Part shown: in pieces, positions 1-11,800 of the stretch | Layout: each line of letters opens with the position of its first letter | Numbering within the stretch: position 1 is the first letter of the stretch | Source: a virus | Taxonomy: Duplodnaviria > Caudoviricetes | Length of the DNA: 64,000 nt | Reading direction: 5' to 3' (one strand) | Virus record (IMG/VR): IMGVR_UViG_3300028844_006787 | Program-made: the position numbers and the translations under genes | Notes under the pieces: generated by a model | Database searches by the model: none | Told to the model about the DNA's origin: nothing | What the model saw: only the letters and a program-made list of their open reading frames with translations

Positions 1-369
1 CACAAATAAACTACAAGTTACAATTTCATCAATTGAGTTGTTTTTACTAAAATGGTCTTTAAGAAATTTAAATGTATTACCTGTATCGGAAATATCATCA
101 ATCACCAATACACGACCACTTAAATAAGGAGAGCAACTTTGATATAAAACTGCTTTTCCACCTGTACTCATGCCATTTAATTGATACGAATGCACTCCAA
201 CCGTTCTAAGATGCCTTACATTCATATACTCTGCTATTATCGTAGCAGGAACCAATCCACCACGACTTACACCCACAACTGAATCAAAATGCGAACCCTT
301 TAATCTATGTGCCAATACTTCGCAAAATTTATGTATTTCATCGTAAGAATAATATTGCTTGTTGCTCAT
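1..369 (-). CDS. Type I (purine/xanthine-like) phosphoribosyltransferase, 3' end runs off window
   Basis: Not in ORF track. Hand translation from ATG at 369: MSNKQYYSYDEIHKFCEVLAHRLKGSHFDSVVGVSRGGLVPATIIAEYM...RVLVIDDISDTGNTF; has SRGG and the VLVIDDISDTG PRPP-binding motif. Confidence 0.85.
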   Translation of the reverse strand, partial: MSNKQYYSYDEIHKFCEVLAHRLKGSHFDSVVGVSRGGLVPATIIAEYMNVRHLRTVGVHSYQLNGMSTGGKAVLYQSCSPYLSGRVLVIDDISDTGNTFKFLKDHFSKNNSIDEIVTCSLFV

Positions 370-378
370 AATCAAATA

Positions 379-516
379 CTATATCATATTGGTTTCTTTT
401 GATATTTCATACCAAATATTACCTTCCTCAAGAAAATTAATATAATTCAAAGCATCTTCATATGAATACTCTGTGGTATAAATCTTGTTATCATATTTTA
501 TGGATATATAAACCAT
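379..516 (-). CDS. Small hypothetical protein (45 aa)
   Basis: Hand translation MVYISIKYDNKIYTTEYSYEDALNYINFLEEGNIWYEISKETNMI*, directly behind a sigma70-like promoter. Confidence 0.5.
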   Translation of the reverse strand: MVYISIKYDNKIYTTEYSYEDALNYINFLEEGNIWYEISKETNMI

Positions 517-522
517 ACAAGA

Positions 523-551
523 ATGTTATATTCTAATATAATTTAAGTCAA
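523..551 (-). promoter_or_regulatory. sigma70-type promoter
   Basis: TTGACT-N17-TAACAT. Confidence 0.6.
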
Positions 552-733
552 CGTTTTTCAAGTTTTTTTTCAAGATTATCTTGATATTTGTATGCACTCC
601 AACATATAAACGATACAAAAAAATTAAGAATACACAAATAACTTCCGTTGTATGCAGTAACAAATGCAATCACAAGATTCAATACAAAAAAGAAGAAGTT
701 AAGTTTTTTACGTGTTTCCTTTTGCATAATCAA
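548..733 (-). CDS. Small two-TM membrane protein
   Basis: 61 aa, two hydrophobic stretches; overlaps stop of upstream ORF. Confidence 0.55.
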   Translation of the reverse strand: MIMQKETRKKLNFFFFVLNLVIAFVTAYNGSYLCILNFFVSFICWSAYKYQDNLEKKLEKR

Positions 734-969
734 GGCAATACCATACCACCTGAAAATTTTGTTTTTACTTGTTTAATGGTACTCTTTTTAATAGCATCTT
801 CTGCTTCTGATTTGCTATTAAAATAACCCACAAAACATCCAGGACCTCTTCCATTTTTTGAACTAAGCATATACACCGAAAAAGGACAAATATCTTTTGG
901 TGCGTTTCTCCACTCTTCTACACGATATAAACAATCTCCAACTTGCCAATTATAGAAAGTTCGTTTCAT
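730..969 (-). CDS. Hypothetical protein
   Basis: 79 aa ORF tightly packed with neighbours. Confidence 0.6.
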   Translation of the reverse strand: MKRTFYNWQVGDCLYRVEEWRNAPKDICPFSVYMLSSKNGRGPGCFVGYFNSKSEAEDAIKKSTIKQVKTKFSGGMVLP

Positions 970-971
970 GA

Positions 972-1391
972 TTACTCCGCATCGTCGTCTTCAAAAAAAT
1001 CGTCTACATCCTCGTTACTAAGAGTATCATCAAGTTCCAATAATCTTGCTTTAATATCTATTCCGAACGATTTGGCCGCAACACGAATTGCTTCAAGACT
1101 TTCAATCTCGGTTTCTATTTTATCACCAAGTTCTGTACACGCACCTGTTTGCATTTTAATTATACCCTCAATGCGATTTACTTGTTCATCGTTAACATTT
1201 TTTTGATTTTTGGTGTCTGTTAATCGTTTAACTAAACGGTCAAGTACCTTTAATCTTTTACGAATTTGTTGCTTACACCAGTATATAGTAGTTATATTTC
1301 CCTGTGCAAGTTTACATAATTGCAGAATTTGATCTCTGTAATTATCATCACCACCCTCGTAACCATTTTTATTAGGTTTATCGTTCTCCAT
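972..1391 (-). CDS. Hypothetical helical/coiled-coil protein with acidic C-terminus
   Basis: Track starts at 1430 (GTG); ATG at 1391 (MENDKPNK) preferred because an ATATTTA motif lies at 1414-1420. Confidence 0.65.
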   Translation of the reverse strand: MENDKPNKNGYEGGDDNYRDQILQLCKLAQGNITTIYWCKQQIRKRLKVLDRLVKRLTDTKNQKNVNDEQVNRIEGIIKMQTGACTELGDKIETEIESLEAIRVAAKSFGIDIKARLLELDDTLSNEDVDDFFEDDDAE

Positions 1392-1429
1392 CAATAATAG
1401 TATTTCACAATAATAAATATGTGGAAACA

Positions 1430-1861
1430 CTAAAAAGAATTAGAATATCTTCTACGATTTGAAATAAAATCTTGGTAAGCATCGGTGCGTGATAATTCAT
1501 CACGAACATCCGCATCGGTATAAACAAGGTGGTCTGAATCCAAGTCTTGCTTTAACAATGACTTTTCATCAAGAGTTTCTACCTTGGATTTTCTTCCACG
1601 TTTTTTAGGAGGACCAACCATTCCTTTTGGACGACCATCTGAATGCTGATAGAAAGAACTCATATAACGAATATTAGCAATTCGTTCTTCGGAACTACTT
1701 GGATTCGGAAACGGAAGAACTAGTTCTTGTTGTTTGTTCTTGCTACCTTTAGGTCTACCACGACCTCTTTTTATTTTAGTAGTTGTAGCAACTACTTTAG
1801 TTTTTTTGTTTTTACTGCCTTTGGGTCTACCAGGACCACGTTTCTTAATAACATTAGTCAT
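1430..1861 (-). CDS. AT-hook-containing DNA-binding protein
   Basis: KKRGPGRPKGSKNK, KRGRGRPKGSKNK, DGRPKG, KKRGRKSK. Confidence 0.7.
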   Translation of the reverse strand: MTNVIKKRGPGRPKGSKNKKTKVVATTTKIKRGRGRPKGSKNKQQELVLPFPNPSSSEERIANIRYMSSFYQHSDGRPKGMVGPPKKRGRKSKVETLDEKSLLKQDLDSDHLVYTDADVRDELSRTDAYQDFISNRRRYSNSF

Positions 1862-1894
1862 AATTTATGATTTTGGGTTGTTTTTGTGAATATA

Positions 1895-2080
1895 TTAAAG
1901 TCTTGATTTATTTTTATTGGTGTCCGAGATAATTTCCGTTTTAATTACAATAGGAAGATTATAGGTATATGCAAGAGTTGCAAGTTCTAATGCCTTTTTT
2001 TCGGTACAACCAAGTTCGGTAAATCGGTTTACAATATCATTCATTAGTTTGATGTCGTGTGTAAGATTATCCCAATCCAT
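1895..2080 (-). CDS. Hypothetical protein
   Basis: 61 aa ORF in co-oriented array. Confidence 0.5.
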   Translation of the reverse strand: MDWDNLTHDIKLMNDIVNRFTELGCTEKKALELATLAYTYNLPIVIKTEIISDTNKNKSRL

Positions 2081-2118
2081 ATATATTTAAATAGTATATA
2101 GTGTTGTAATTAGTGAAA

Positions 2119-2325
2119 TTAAATTAATGGGGTTTCTACAATAACCAACTCACCTTCATCCACGATGCTATGTGTTCCGATTGTAGGAAACTGAATTTGA
2201 TATGAAATTTGAGTTTCTCCGTTTTCATCCCATCTTGGTGGTGGAACTTCAATCTTGTACATTACGATTCCAACCAAAGGAACTCCGTTTACTCTTTTTA
2301 CTCTATCTCCGTTATTAAAACTCAT
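2119..2325 (-). CDS. Small SH3/KOW-like hypothetical protein
   Basis: F-x-x-G-D-R-V-K start, G-x-V, Y-x-I-x-F and terminal E-L pattern typical of small phage beta-barrels. Confidence 0.55.
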   Translation of the reverse strand: MSFNNGDRVKRVNGVPLVGIVMYKIEVPPPRWDENGETQISYQIQFPTIGTHSIVDEGELVIVETPLI

Positions 2326-2342
2326 TGTAGTATTTGTAATAA

Positions 2343-2765
2343 TTATGCAGTTGCGGTTAAAGGACTAAACTTGTAAGAACCACCTCTACGACTTAAATAA
2401 TCAACTCCATAAGGACCAACACACGAAAGACCAAAGTCATCGGCAAAAACCGAACCTCTTGAATGCTTCGCAGGAGACTTCCAAGTTGCAGGTTTCATAA
2501 TGTCACCCTTTGTGTAAGAACCCATGCTCTTGGTGTTTCCATCGGTAAGAGCAATAAAACAATAAACACTACGATGATTACCATTACGATCAACGGTAGC
2601 AATTCTAAGAAACTTACGACCAGTATCAGCAACAACATATTGATGATCTTCCGCAGTTTCTGAATAACTTGAAGGAAAATTAGTGCGATAGTGATTGTGC
2701 ATATTTTGATTTACTAATTGTAAAAAGTTCTCAATGCGGTTTTCAATTCTCTCGTCAATATTCAT
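2343..2765 (-). CDS. Conserved phage hypothetical protein (early-gene type)
   Basis: GRKFLRI...SVYCFI...GDIMKPATWKSPAKHSRG motif, recalled from a widespread phage family. Start moved to ATG 2765 because the track's TTG at 2831 is a -35 box. Confidence 0.7.
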   Translation of the reverse strand: MNIDERIENRIENFLQLVNQNMHNHYRTNFPSSYSETAEDHQYVVADTGRKFLRIATVDRNGNHRSVYCFIALTDGNTKSMGSYTKGDIMKPATWKSPAKHSRGSVFADDFGLSCVGPYGVDYLSRRGGSYKFSPLTATA

Positions 2766-2802
2766 AATTTTATTTTGGTTATTTCTCATTCTCAATACAA
2801 TA

Positions 2803-2831
2803 AGATTACCAAAATTATTATAAAAAGTCAA
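2803..2831 (-). promoter_or_regulatory. sigma70-type promoter within a ~60 bp repeat (copy 1)
   Basis: TTGACT-N17-TAATCT; near-identical to 40047-40104. Confidence 0.75.
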
Positions 2832-2872
2832 GCACTTTCGATAAAGAATCGCATTTTATTTTAAAATAGTTG

Positions 2873-5800
2873 CTATTCTTTTATTTTTTGCATAGATATT
2901 ATTGCGTTGTCAATCCATGACTTAGGTATAGTATATTTATATGGATCATCTTCATTCTCAACACTACCTCGGGTAATCAACCACACAGTTGCTTTTAGTT
3001 CTTTATTTATTTTTGCATAATCCCCAACTTTGAATTGGTAGTTATCACCCGGTGGTACAGATTTTCGTGTACGTGGTTTTTTAAATTGTATAATACTTCC
3101 AACTTCTGGTGTTCCTGTTGGATCATCTTCATACTCAACGACTGCAACCTTTTCTTCTTCAGATATAGGTTCAATATTATCATCTTCTTCTGCCATTGCC
3201 TGAATTTGTTGTATTTCGTTGGTTTCGTTTACTTGGTCTTGAGTTGAAACGATTTCCCATTTTTTATTTGTACGTTGTCCTTTACCAAAATAACGGTTAA
3301 CATCATCATCACCATCGTACCATACAAATTTATTATTATTTATAATATCAATAATTTTGTAATAAGGAAATTTAGAATATTCTCTTATTATTTTATTAGG
3401 TTTACTGCCATCAACACTCGGTGAAGCAATTTTATCCTTCAATTTGATAATATCTCCAATAACAGGAATTCTATTTGAATTTTCCTTATACTCATCAAGT
3501 TCACCTGTTGTTCTTTGATCATCAGCATCATATATAAAATACTCAAAATCATCAGCAACACTATCATTGTCTGTATCCTTTAGTATTCTTAAAGTTATAC
3601 TTACTTCCTCACTTTCCTGACCAGTTTCACTTGTTGCAATTACTGAAAATTTAATTATTCCTAGTAAATCTTCAGATGGTGTATATTCAAAATTATTTTC
3701 CGATTTTGTAATCGTTGGATCATCTACTACCTCGTCATCTACTTTCAATATAAACGTATCAACATCCAGACTTGTCCAAGAAAATTTTGGTTTTTTATTT
3801 GTGGTAATATTCTTTTCTTCGTTGTGTGATAAATTAGTTGGTGTTTGTGGTATAATTTCTTCCAACGTTCTCGTAACAAATACGAATTTTCCACTAATGA
3901 TATTTCCTCCCGAGTCCACTTTTGCTCCCTGTGTCTCTACATTACCACGCAGTGTATATGGTCCGTATTGCAGATTGATTATATGTGATTTTGTCGGATG
4001 AACCCAAGTTACAATAGCATATGTTGGCATTCGTCCAAAAGTATCCCATCCTCCAGATTCAGGTGTGATTTGTACTTTTAAAGCGTCCGATGGTTTTTCC
4101 GGTGATGGTACAGAAAACTCAGGATTATTATATCCATCATCCCAAACGGAATATTCATATGATTGTGTTACTAATATATATTTTGCCGTTCCTATAAAAC
4201 GTACCAAGTTGCCTACTCTTGGTGCTAATCCAGGATTTGGTATTAAACTTTCAAGGTAGGATACATTATACTTTTTAGTAGGATCTGATTTCCAATAATC
4301 ATAAAAATCCGCAACTTCATCTTTATCAGTATCATGTGGTAAATGATAAGAACCAGAAGAATTAGTAACATTGCTTTCATTTCCGTAACTATCAATAGCA
4401 GTTACTTTAATTCTCCAAAATTTTCCACGTGAAAGAGATTTGGGTGGAGTAAATGAATTTGTTTTAACATTTCTAAGATCTAACAATTCTTCATCTTCTG
4501 ATGGAGGGCTCCATCCTGAACCCGTTTCAATGGTTGGTATATTATATGGTTCAGGCCATTCTTTTCCGTCTGCATCCGTGTATGTTGTGTCTGTAAAATC
4601 AACCGTACTACCATCTGGATCTTTATATGTTCCATCTTCTTGTTTGACCCATAAACTATTATTCGTATGTCCTATATGCAATTCACTTACATCATATTTA
4701 GCATCTGCATATTCAAGATCAATCCTATACTCATATGCATCATCAACTGCACCCCAACTCCATGTTGGTATATCATTGAAAAATTGTTCTACACCAAACG
4801 ATACAGGAAATGTTGGAGTTTCAAATTTTATATTTGTTACAGAATTTGGTGGAGTTAAATCTGTCATACGAATAGTATCATCTGCAGGTTCATCAGATGA
4901 AACACCTTGAAGATTAACCGCAACTACTTCAATTTTATATATGGAATCTAGTTTTACATCATCGAATGCGAATTGAGTTGAATTAACTTCTTCCTTAAGA
5001 ATTTCCACAAATTCACCCTCACCTGTAGGATTACCATTTTGGTCTGTTGTATTTAAATCTACTATATACTCTTTTAATGTAACTTCATAGTGACCATCTT
5101 CTGATGTAAAACCAAATAGATTCCATTTCCACTTTACTTTATCTGCCTCAATTTGGGATACATATTCACCACTATTAGAATATATTTCCACATTGTCTCC
5201 TGGAGTGTATTCATATCCTCCTTGCTCTGTAAGTTCCAAAGAATAAATGTTTGCAGGAGGATCTAAATTTATTGTAAGTTCACGTGACTCGGCAATTGTT
5301 GATTTTCTATTATCTGAATCATTATCCTTATTTTTGAATATAGTTTGAATTGTAAATTTGTATGTTCCATTTTGTAAAGCAATTTGCTTATCAGTAGCAT
5401 CGTTTCCACTTTTGAATAATAATACATCATCTGAATCGGTTACACCCGACACCTCAGACTCCACATTAAGTGTTGATGTGACATCATCCCATCCACCGGA
5501 ATCATTCTTTTTAAGCAAATGCCTTTCATAATAGGTATCTTCTTGAAAATTAATATCATAACCAGGATCGTCTGCGGAAAAAATACCTGGACTTTTATCA
5601 AATGAATACTTCCAAGTTGGATACACATTACTAGAAGAAGTAAAATTATCAATATTATCCACAATAATTTGTGGATGCTTTGGATATCCAGGTTGAATTA
5701 CAATTCTATCAGGATCACTTACCCACCGTGTTGCGTCTACATCATCAGGTAACCTATATAATTTAAAACCTTTACTCTCAGTTGAATAAACTCTGAATAC

Positions 5801-8800
5801 GAATTTTCCTTGAATTTTAAATTTTAATCCAATTATGTCATTTGCTTGCATTGTAATATTATTGTTCAATTCTACAACCTGATTATCATCGTTAATATAA
5901 ATCTCATTTAATGTAGTATTTTCGTTTAATCTAATTAAATCCGTTGGAATCCAATTATCCGTGTATGTTGCATATTCATCTTTATATAATCCCGATGCTT
6001 CCAAAGATTCTTCTGTGGTAATAGGTGCTACAACATCCCACAATCCTGAATTTGCACCAGTACCTGAATCACTTATTTTTATTTTAATTCGTCCGCCTGT
6101 GCCGGCCATCGGACCCCATTTGTATTCAGTATATGCGGAGTCTCTTTGATTTAGATATTCATCAACTACATAACCTGTACCACTGGGTGGGTTAGGTTTT
6201 TTAAATCCATGTCCCCTTTCAGGTGGCCAAAGAGTAGTTTCACACCCCCCATTCAAAAATACATATAATTCGGTTTCTGTGTCAGTTTTGTTTACTCCGT
6301 ATATAACTCCGTATTTTTTGCTAGTATCATGTGAACTAACATCTTGCTTTGAATTTGTTTGAAATTCATGTTCTATATAAAATTTTTGTTTTATTACTTC
6401 AGTAAAATCACCACTATTTACAAGAGTTGATTTAAGATACTTAGATATATCCCCCATCCCCGATGATTTTTGACGAGCACCAATTGCATTCTTTATCTGA
6501 TTATTCCGTGTTGTGTGGGGTGTATTTATGGCAGATTTATATCCGTTGAATAAATTTTTATGATCTATCATATTATCTAAAACACCATTTGTTCTTTCAC
6601 TATAATAAATTGGTGAAGCAATCATTGGATCATCTTCATTTACCCACACACCAGACCCGGTAGTCACTTGCTCGTGTGATCCCACGTGTTCAGGTAACTC
6701 AAATGTATAATCATCATTAAATCTAATAAAATCACCAATTTTGTATTCATATGAATTATCAGTATTAGTTTTATTATATAATTCCAATTCAAATAAACCA
6801 GGATGATGAGTAATATATGCATTTATTCGTTTTGATATTTCATCTTTGCTAACAAATGCAAACGCATACTCGTTATATTTTGCACTTAATAAACCTGTGT
6901 ATTTAGGTATTGTCTTGGGTTCTGTGTAATCATCCTCATCATGTGAACTTAATTGATTAAAATACTTATTTCCAGAACCAACTACAATTCTTGATTGTGC
7001 TTCGGTTGTATTACCGAAATTATCAGTTGATTCAACAAATAAAGTATACACTCCCTGATTTGCAAATTTTCTGGTGATCCTCTGTTTACCGAAGTTATTG
7101 CTCAAACGAGTTATCCATGCGAAGTTGTCAGCATCTCTACCAATTGGTACTATTTTGTATCTATTAGTAATTTGTAGAGGGGTTTTGTTATAGAATGGAT
7201 GCATAATAAAATCTATGTTTACTTTCATTAAATCTTTATCATTAGCATATATTTCATCTTTTAAATTAATTTTAGTTTTAACGTCACCAAACATTAACGA
7301 CTCAGAATATACAGGTTGTGTTATATAACCATCTGAACGAGTTGCTACAATTTCAAGTTCTGTTATGTATCCCCAATGATATTTTGAACTTAAATTTTCT
7401 TTATGCGTTGCAATATTTCTTGGTGTTATTTCATAATTACCTTGAAATAAACGAGTATTTTGGTCTGTTACAATATAAGAATTAATATAATCCGATGGAA
7501 TTTTAAATTCCGTTTCATCACCATCAATTGTATATTCTTTGATTCCAATAAACTTTTTTTCATATTTTGACAATTGTGAAAAATTTGCCTTCTTCAGACT
7601 AGTATCTACTTCTAAACCAGTGGAGCACCAGTAGTCTTCCCAACATTCATCGGTGTAACCGGGATGCTCTTTCATCCATTTATCCTGTTCTGTTGGTTGA
7701 TGTTTACCCCAATATAAGTTATCCCATTTCCCGAGGTTTCCATCAAGAACATTTGCGAACTCATGTGTAATTTTATAGGTTCTTAACTTTATAGTATAAG
7801 ATTGAGCAGCTGCTAAAGCATTCCATGTAAAAGAAAATTCAGCATCAGTTTCAGTGGTGTCAAGTTGATACGGGTCTACACAAGTCCAATTTGGTTTTTC
7901 ATTAGTATTTATCTTAACATAATTCTCTTGACGATAAAGACCTTTCCAATAACTTACAAACAATTTCCATCCATTTTCATAAAATGATTCATTGGCATAT
8001 GTTTGTGTATTATAAAATGCTTCTGTGGCAGATAAATTTATTTTTGAGGTGTATTTTTGTTTTAGATTATTTATTTCAAAACCTTGAGTTTCTACATCGC
8101 AATCAATTGTAATAACAGGTGAAGTTCTACTATAATTATGTATTCCATTATCAAGCAAATAACTTGTAACTTGTATATTGATGAGTCCAAGTTTCAATGA
8201 AAAGTGGTCTTTTAAGTCTATTTCACGTATATTATCAGTAGTCGCATCGTATTCAAAAGTTTTTTCTCCGAGTTTCTCGGTTGTTATATCTTCACCTTCT
8301 CCTGATACATCAAAAAGTTCGACTAAGTTACGATTAGTTTTATTACGATCACTTAGAGAATCAATGCTCCAAGATAATGTTTGATTATCACTATCATATG
8401 TCAATTGCGTAGGTAATATTCCTCTTACACTTTCTTTTGGATATGATGATGCAAGTTCATATGTAAATGATGCAGTAGGACTTTCAGTATAAACATCTAT
8501 TTCAAGGGTGTAATTATGTGCTACGAATGATGTATTAGAAGCATAAGTATCAATATATTCAAATACATCATAATAGTGTGTTTCAGGGGGTGCATCATCA
8601 CTATTATAATGTTGCAACTCCTCAAGTATATGCTCTTCCTCATGTACTACTTCCACACTCTGAGTATTACTACTTAGTGATCTTGATAATCTGAGTTTAT
8701 ATTTTTTGAAAATGGAATGATCTGTCATATCCAATGAGTATGCCCACTTCAATTCTACTTTATTATCCTTAATTTCTATTTGATAGTCCGAAGAATTATC

Positions 8801-11800
8801 AGTATGTTCTACCAACTCCACCGTATTTGAATCTAAATTAATTGTAAATGTACGAGTACCTAGTTTACCCCCAAAGTGGTAGATGTCAATATACACTTCA
8901 ATTGTTGTAACACTTGCATTTATGACTTCTCTAATAAAATTACTAGGTAGAACATATTCATAGTTTAGTAGATCTTGAGCATAGTTGGTTTGTGTATTTA
9001 AACTAGTTGTATAATACGAATTAACTCCCAACGAACCTTGATATTTCTTGGTAATACTTGGTGTTGATAATCCAATTTCAAGTTCATCTTCTTCAAATCT
9101 AACTTTATATGAAAACGGATATAATAAAGAATCAGAACGTGAATCAATACTTGGTTCTAAGTCAGTCCAATCAATTTTTATATCAGAACCCATGAATAAA
9201 TTCACAGAATCACCATCTGCTACGACATCATCATTAACTGTTATCTGAATATCATTTGCCGTGTTAGATGTGTTTTTTAACACCAAACGAGTTACATCGT
9301 AATCTACTACCAACTTATTATTAAATGCTTCATTATATAATTCATTATAATTAGAAACTTGTTGTTTAGTTGACTGATCATAAAAATATGTATTGCTAAG
9401 ATCACCAATTGGATAATCATAAGTTTCTCCGGATGAATTTGCTACTTTTACATGAATTTCGTAAATTCCAGCATCTAAATTACAATTTGGAATTTCTACA
9501 TCAACAAATCTAATTTTATTGGTAAGAGAATATTTGTAATTTTTTTCAGAATCGTAATCGGTTGTAGATACATAATTTAATCCATCGGTGCGTTCACGTC
9601 CATTAAAGTACATAATTCCATCGGTTATATATTCCGAAGCATTATCTCCTGTGGTAAATCCATCATTTAAACCATCATCGGTAATATTATTACCAACTGA
9701 TATTTTACCTAAGAACGAACCATGATATTTGTCTTCTTCAACACCACTTGTATTATCCCCATGTACCACTTTAAATAAACTTACCGATACAATTGAATCA
9801 CTTTCTGTTGTCTGATTTGAAGGTAACCATTCGTCTGCGATCGCCAATGTAACTTTAAAACTTTTTACTTGTTTATCTTTAGCATTAGAAACCGTTGCGT
9901 AATAAATGGGTTTGTGAAAATACCAAGGATGTGGATTTGTTGCATCTGTTGGATGATTTGCAATTATACTACCATTATGCTTTCTTATACTAACTTGGTT
10001 GGAAATTTCGGTATCACTTGTATCTAGTACTTTTAAATTAAAAGGCAAACATGACCTATTATGAGGTATTGCTTGTTCGTTCGTTTTTACCATGAAATAC
10101 ACATAATCTGAGTTTAGTGTGTTGTCGTTTTCATCTATTGCAACAACCCCAACTCCTATTTTGTAGTAACCCATAGGCACTTTGTAGTGCATGGTAAAAT
10201 TATTATCTGTAAAAAGTTGCGACTCAAATACTAGTTCTTCATCGAGGTAAACTTCTTCAGGTTTATATAATACTACACGATAATAAATTGTTTTGTAGTC
10301 ATTAGCAATATTATCAGCAAGTTTATTCCATGTTATATCCAATAGATTACTCGGTGATACATACCAAGTTTCACCGTATGCAGTTATTTCCTCAGGAGAA
10401 TCCGTTCCGAAATATTTTATTCCATCAACAATCAGATTATTTACACCAACTACCTGAATATCATAAGTTACTTGTCCACTTTCATTGCCCACCACATCTT
10501 TTGCAGACAAATATAGTGTATGTTTACCTACATCCAAATAATCAGTTGGAGTAAATTCAAGATCCGTTGTTGTTGTAACACTTGCAGTATCACTATTATC
10601 GTTTAAATAATAATTATATTCCGCACCTTCTTCAAGCAAAGTTTGTACAATATCTGTGTTATTTACTTTTTTATTTACAGGATTCCATTGCCAAGTTGGT
10701 GTTTTATTTGCAGTATAATTTATTAAATTACTTTTAAAAACAGGTTCAAATGGAGGCACATTATCATCATAGTTAGTTATTTCTGCTTCAGGTAAAACCA
10801 ATTCCCATTTATCGACACGATCAGTTCGTTTAACTAAAAACTCTTTTTCGGTTGAACCTTCAACTACGACTTTAATTAAAATAAATAAATGACTTAAATC
10901 TGCGTAATCAACTTCGTAGGTTTCTTCATTAATGGAATAAGATACAAAAGAATCGTCAGTTGTATCAAAATTGCTAACTACACGATAAAATTGATTTTTT
11001 GGCAAAATTTGACTATTATCCCTATCTTTAATAGAAACTACTTCAAGTGGTGCTTTGGTTTTAATAAAATTATTGGGTTTTACAGGAATACCAGGAGCAA
11101 ATCCATAAGTTTCAACCGCAGCCAAATCTATATCATCATAATACCAAACTTTTGTTGGAACATTAGGACCTGTATCACGTGTCGAAGTATTTGAATCTTG
11201 CCATTCTATGACTCCACCTAAATTTAATCCAAGATATGCTTCTATTATATTGAAAATAGAATCCTTTGTATACTTATCCGAAGAATACCCTAATTTTCTC
11301 ATCCGTTGTTTCATGTCTTTGACATATCTATCAAAGTTTTCGGTAATTATATCTTCAAATGCGTTTAAAAATGAACTAAATGGTGTTGGTATTTTTTTAT
11401 ATCGTGATATAGAACTATTATATTCATATATAAAAACACCACCAGAAATATTACATCTACTATTTATCCACAACCTTCTTGCTCCAGGTGCATTTATGGT
11501 GATAGTATTACCATTGGTTGATATAGAAACTTCACTACCGAACAAATACGATTTTCTTTTTATTCCATCTAAATCTGTAAACTCAGATATGGGAGAATAT
11601 ATAGTGCGGTCTGCACTTTCCATTGATATTTCATTTTGTGGATTTAAAATCCACATATCACTTTCTGCATCATAATTAAATACTTTTACACAATCCTTGG
11701 TGGTCAATTTGTTTGCCGATACAACTAATATATTTCCATCACCACTTATATCAAAATCTCCATGTTCATTGCAATCGAGATAACTTATACCCTGACCTTT

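Noticed and set aside
2766-2831. Shared N-terminal peptide MTFYNNFG..VLR in ORFs 2343-2831 and 39578-40102 as a protein motif
   Set aside because: It is the translation of a repeated promoter/leader; the TTG 'start' is the -35 hexamer
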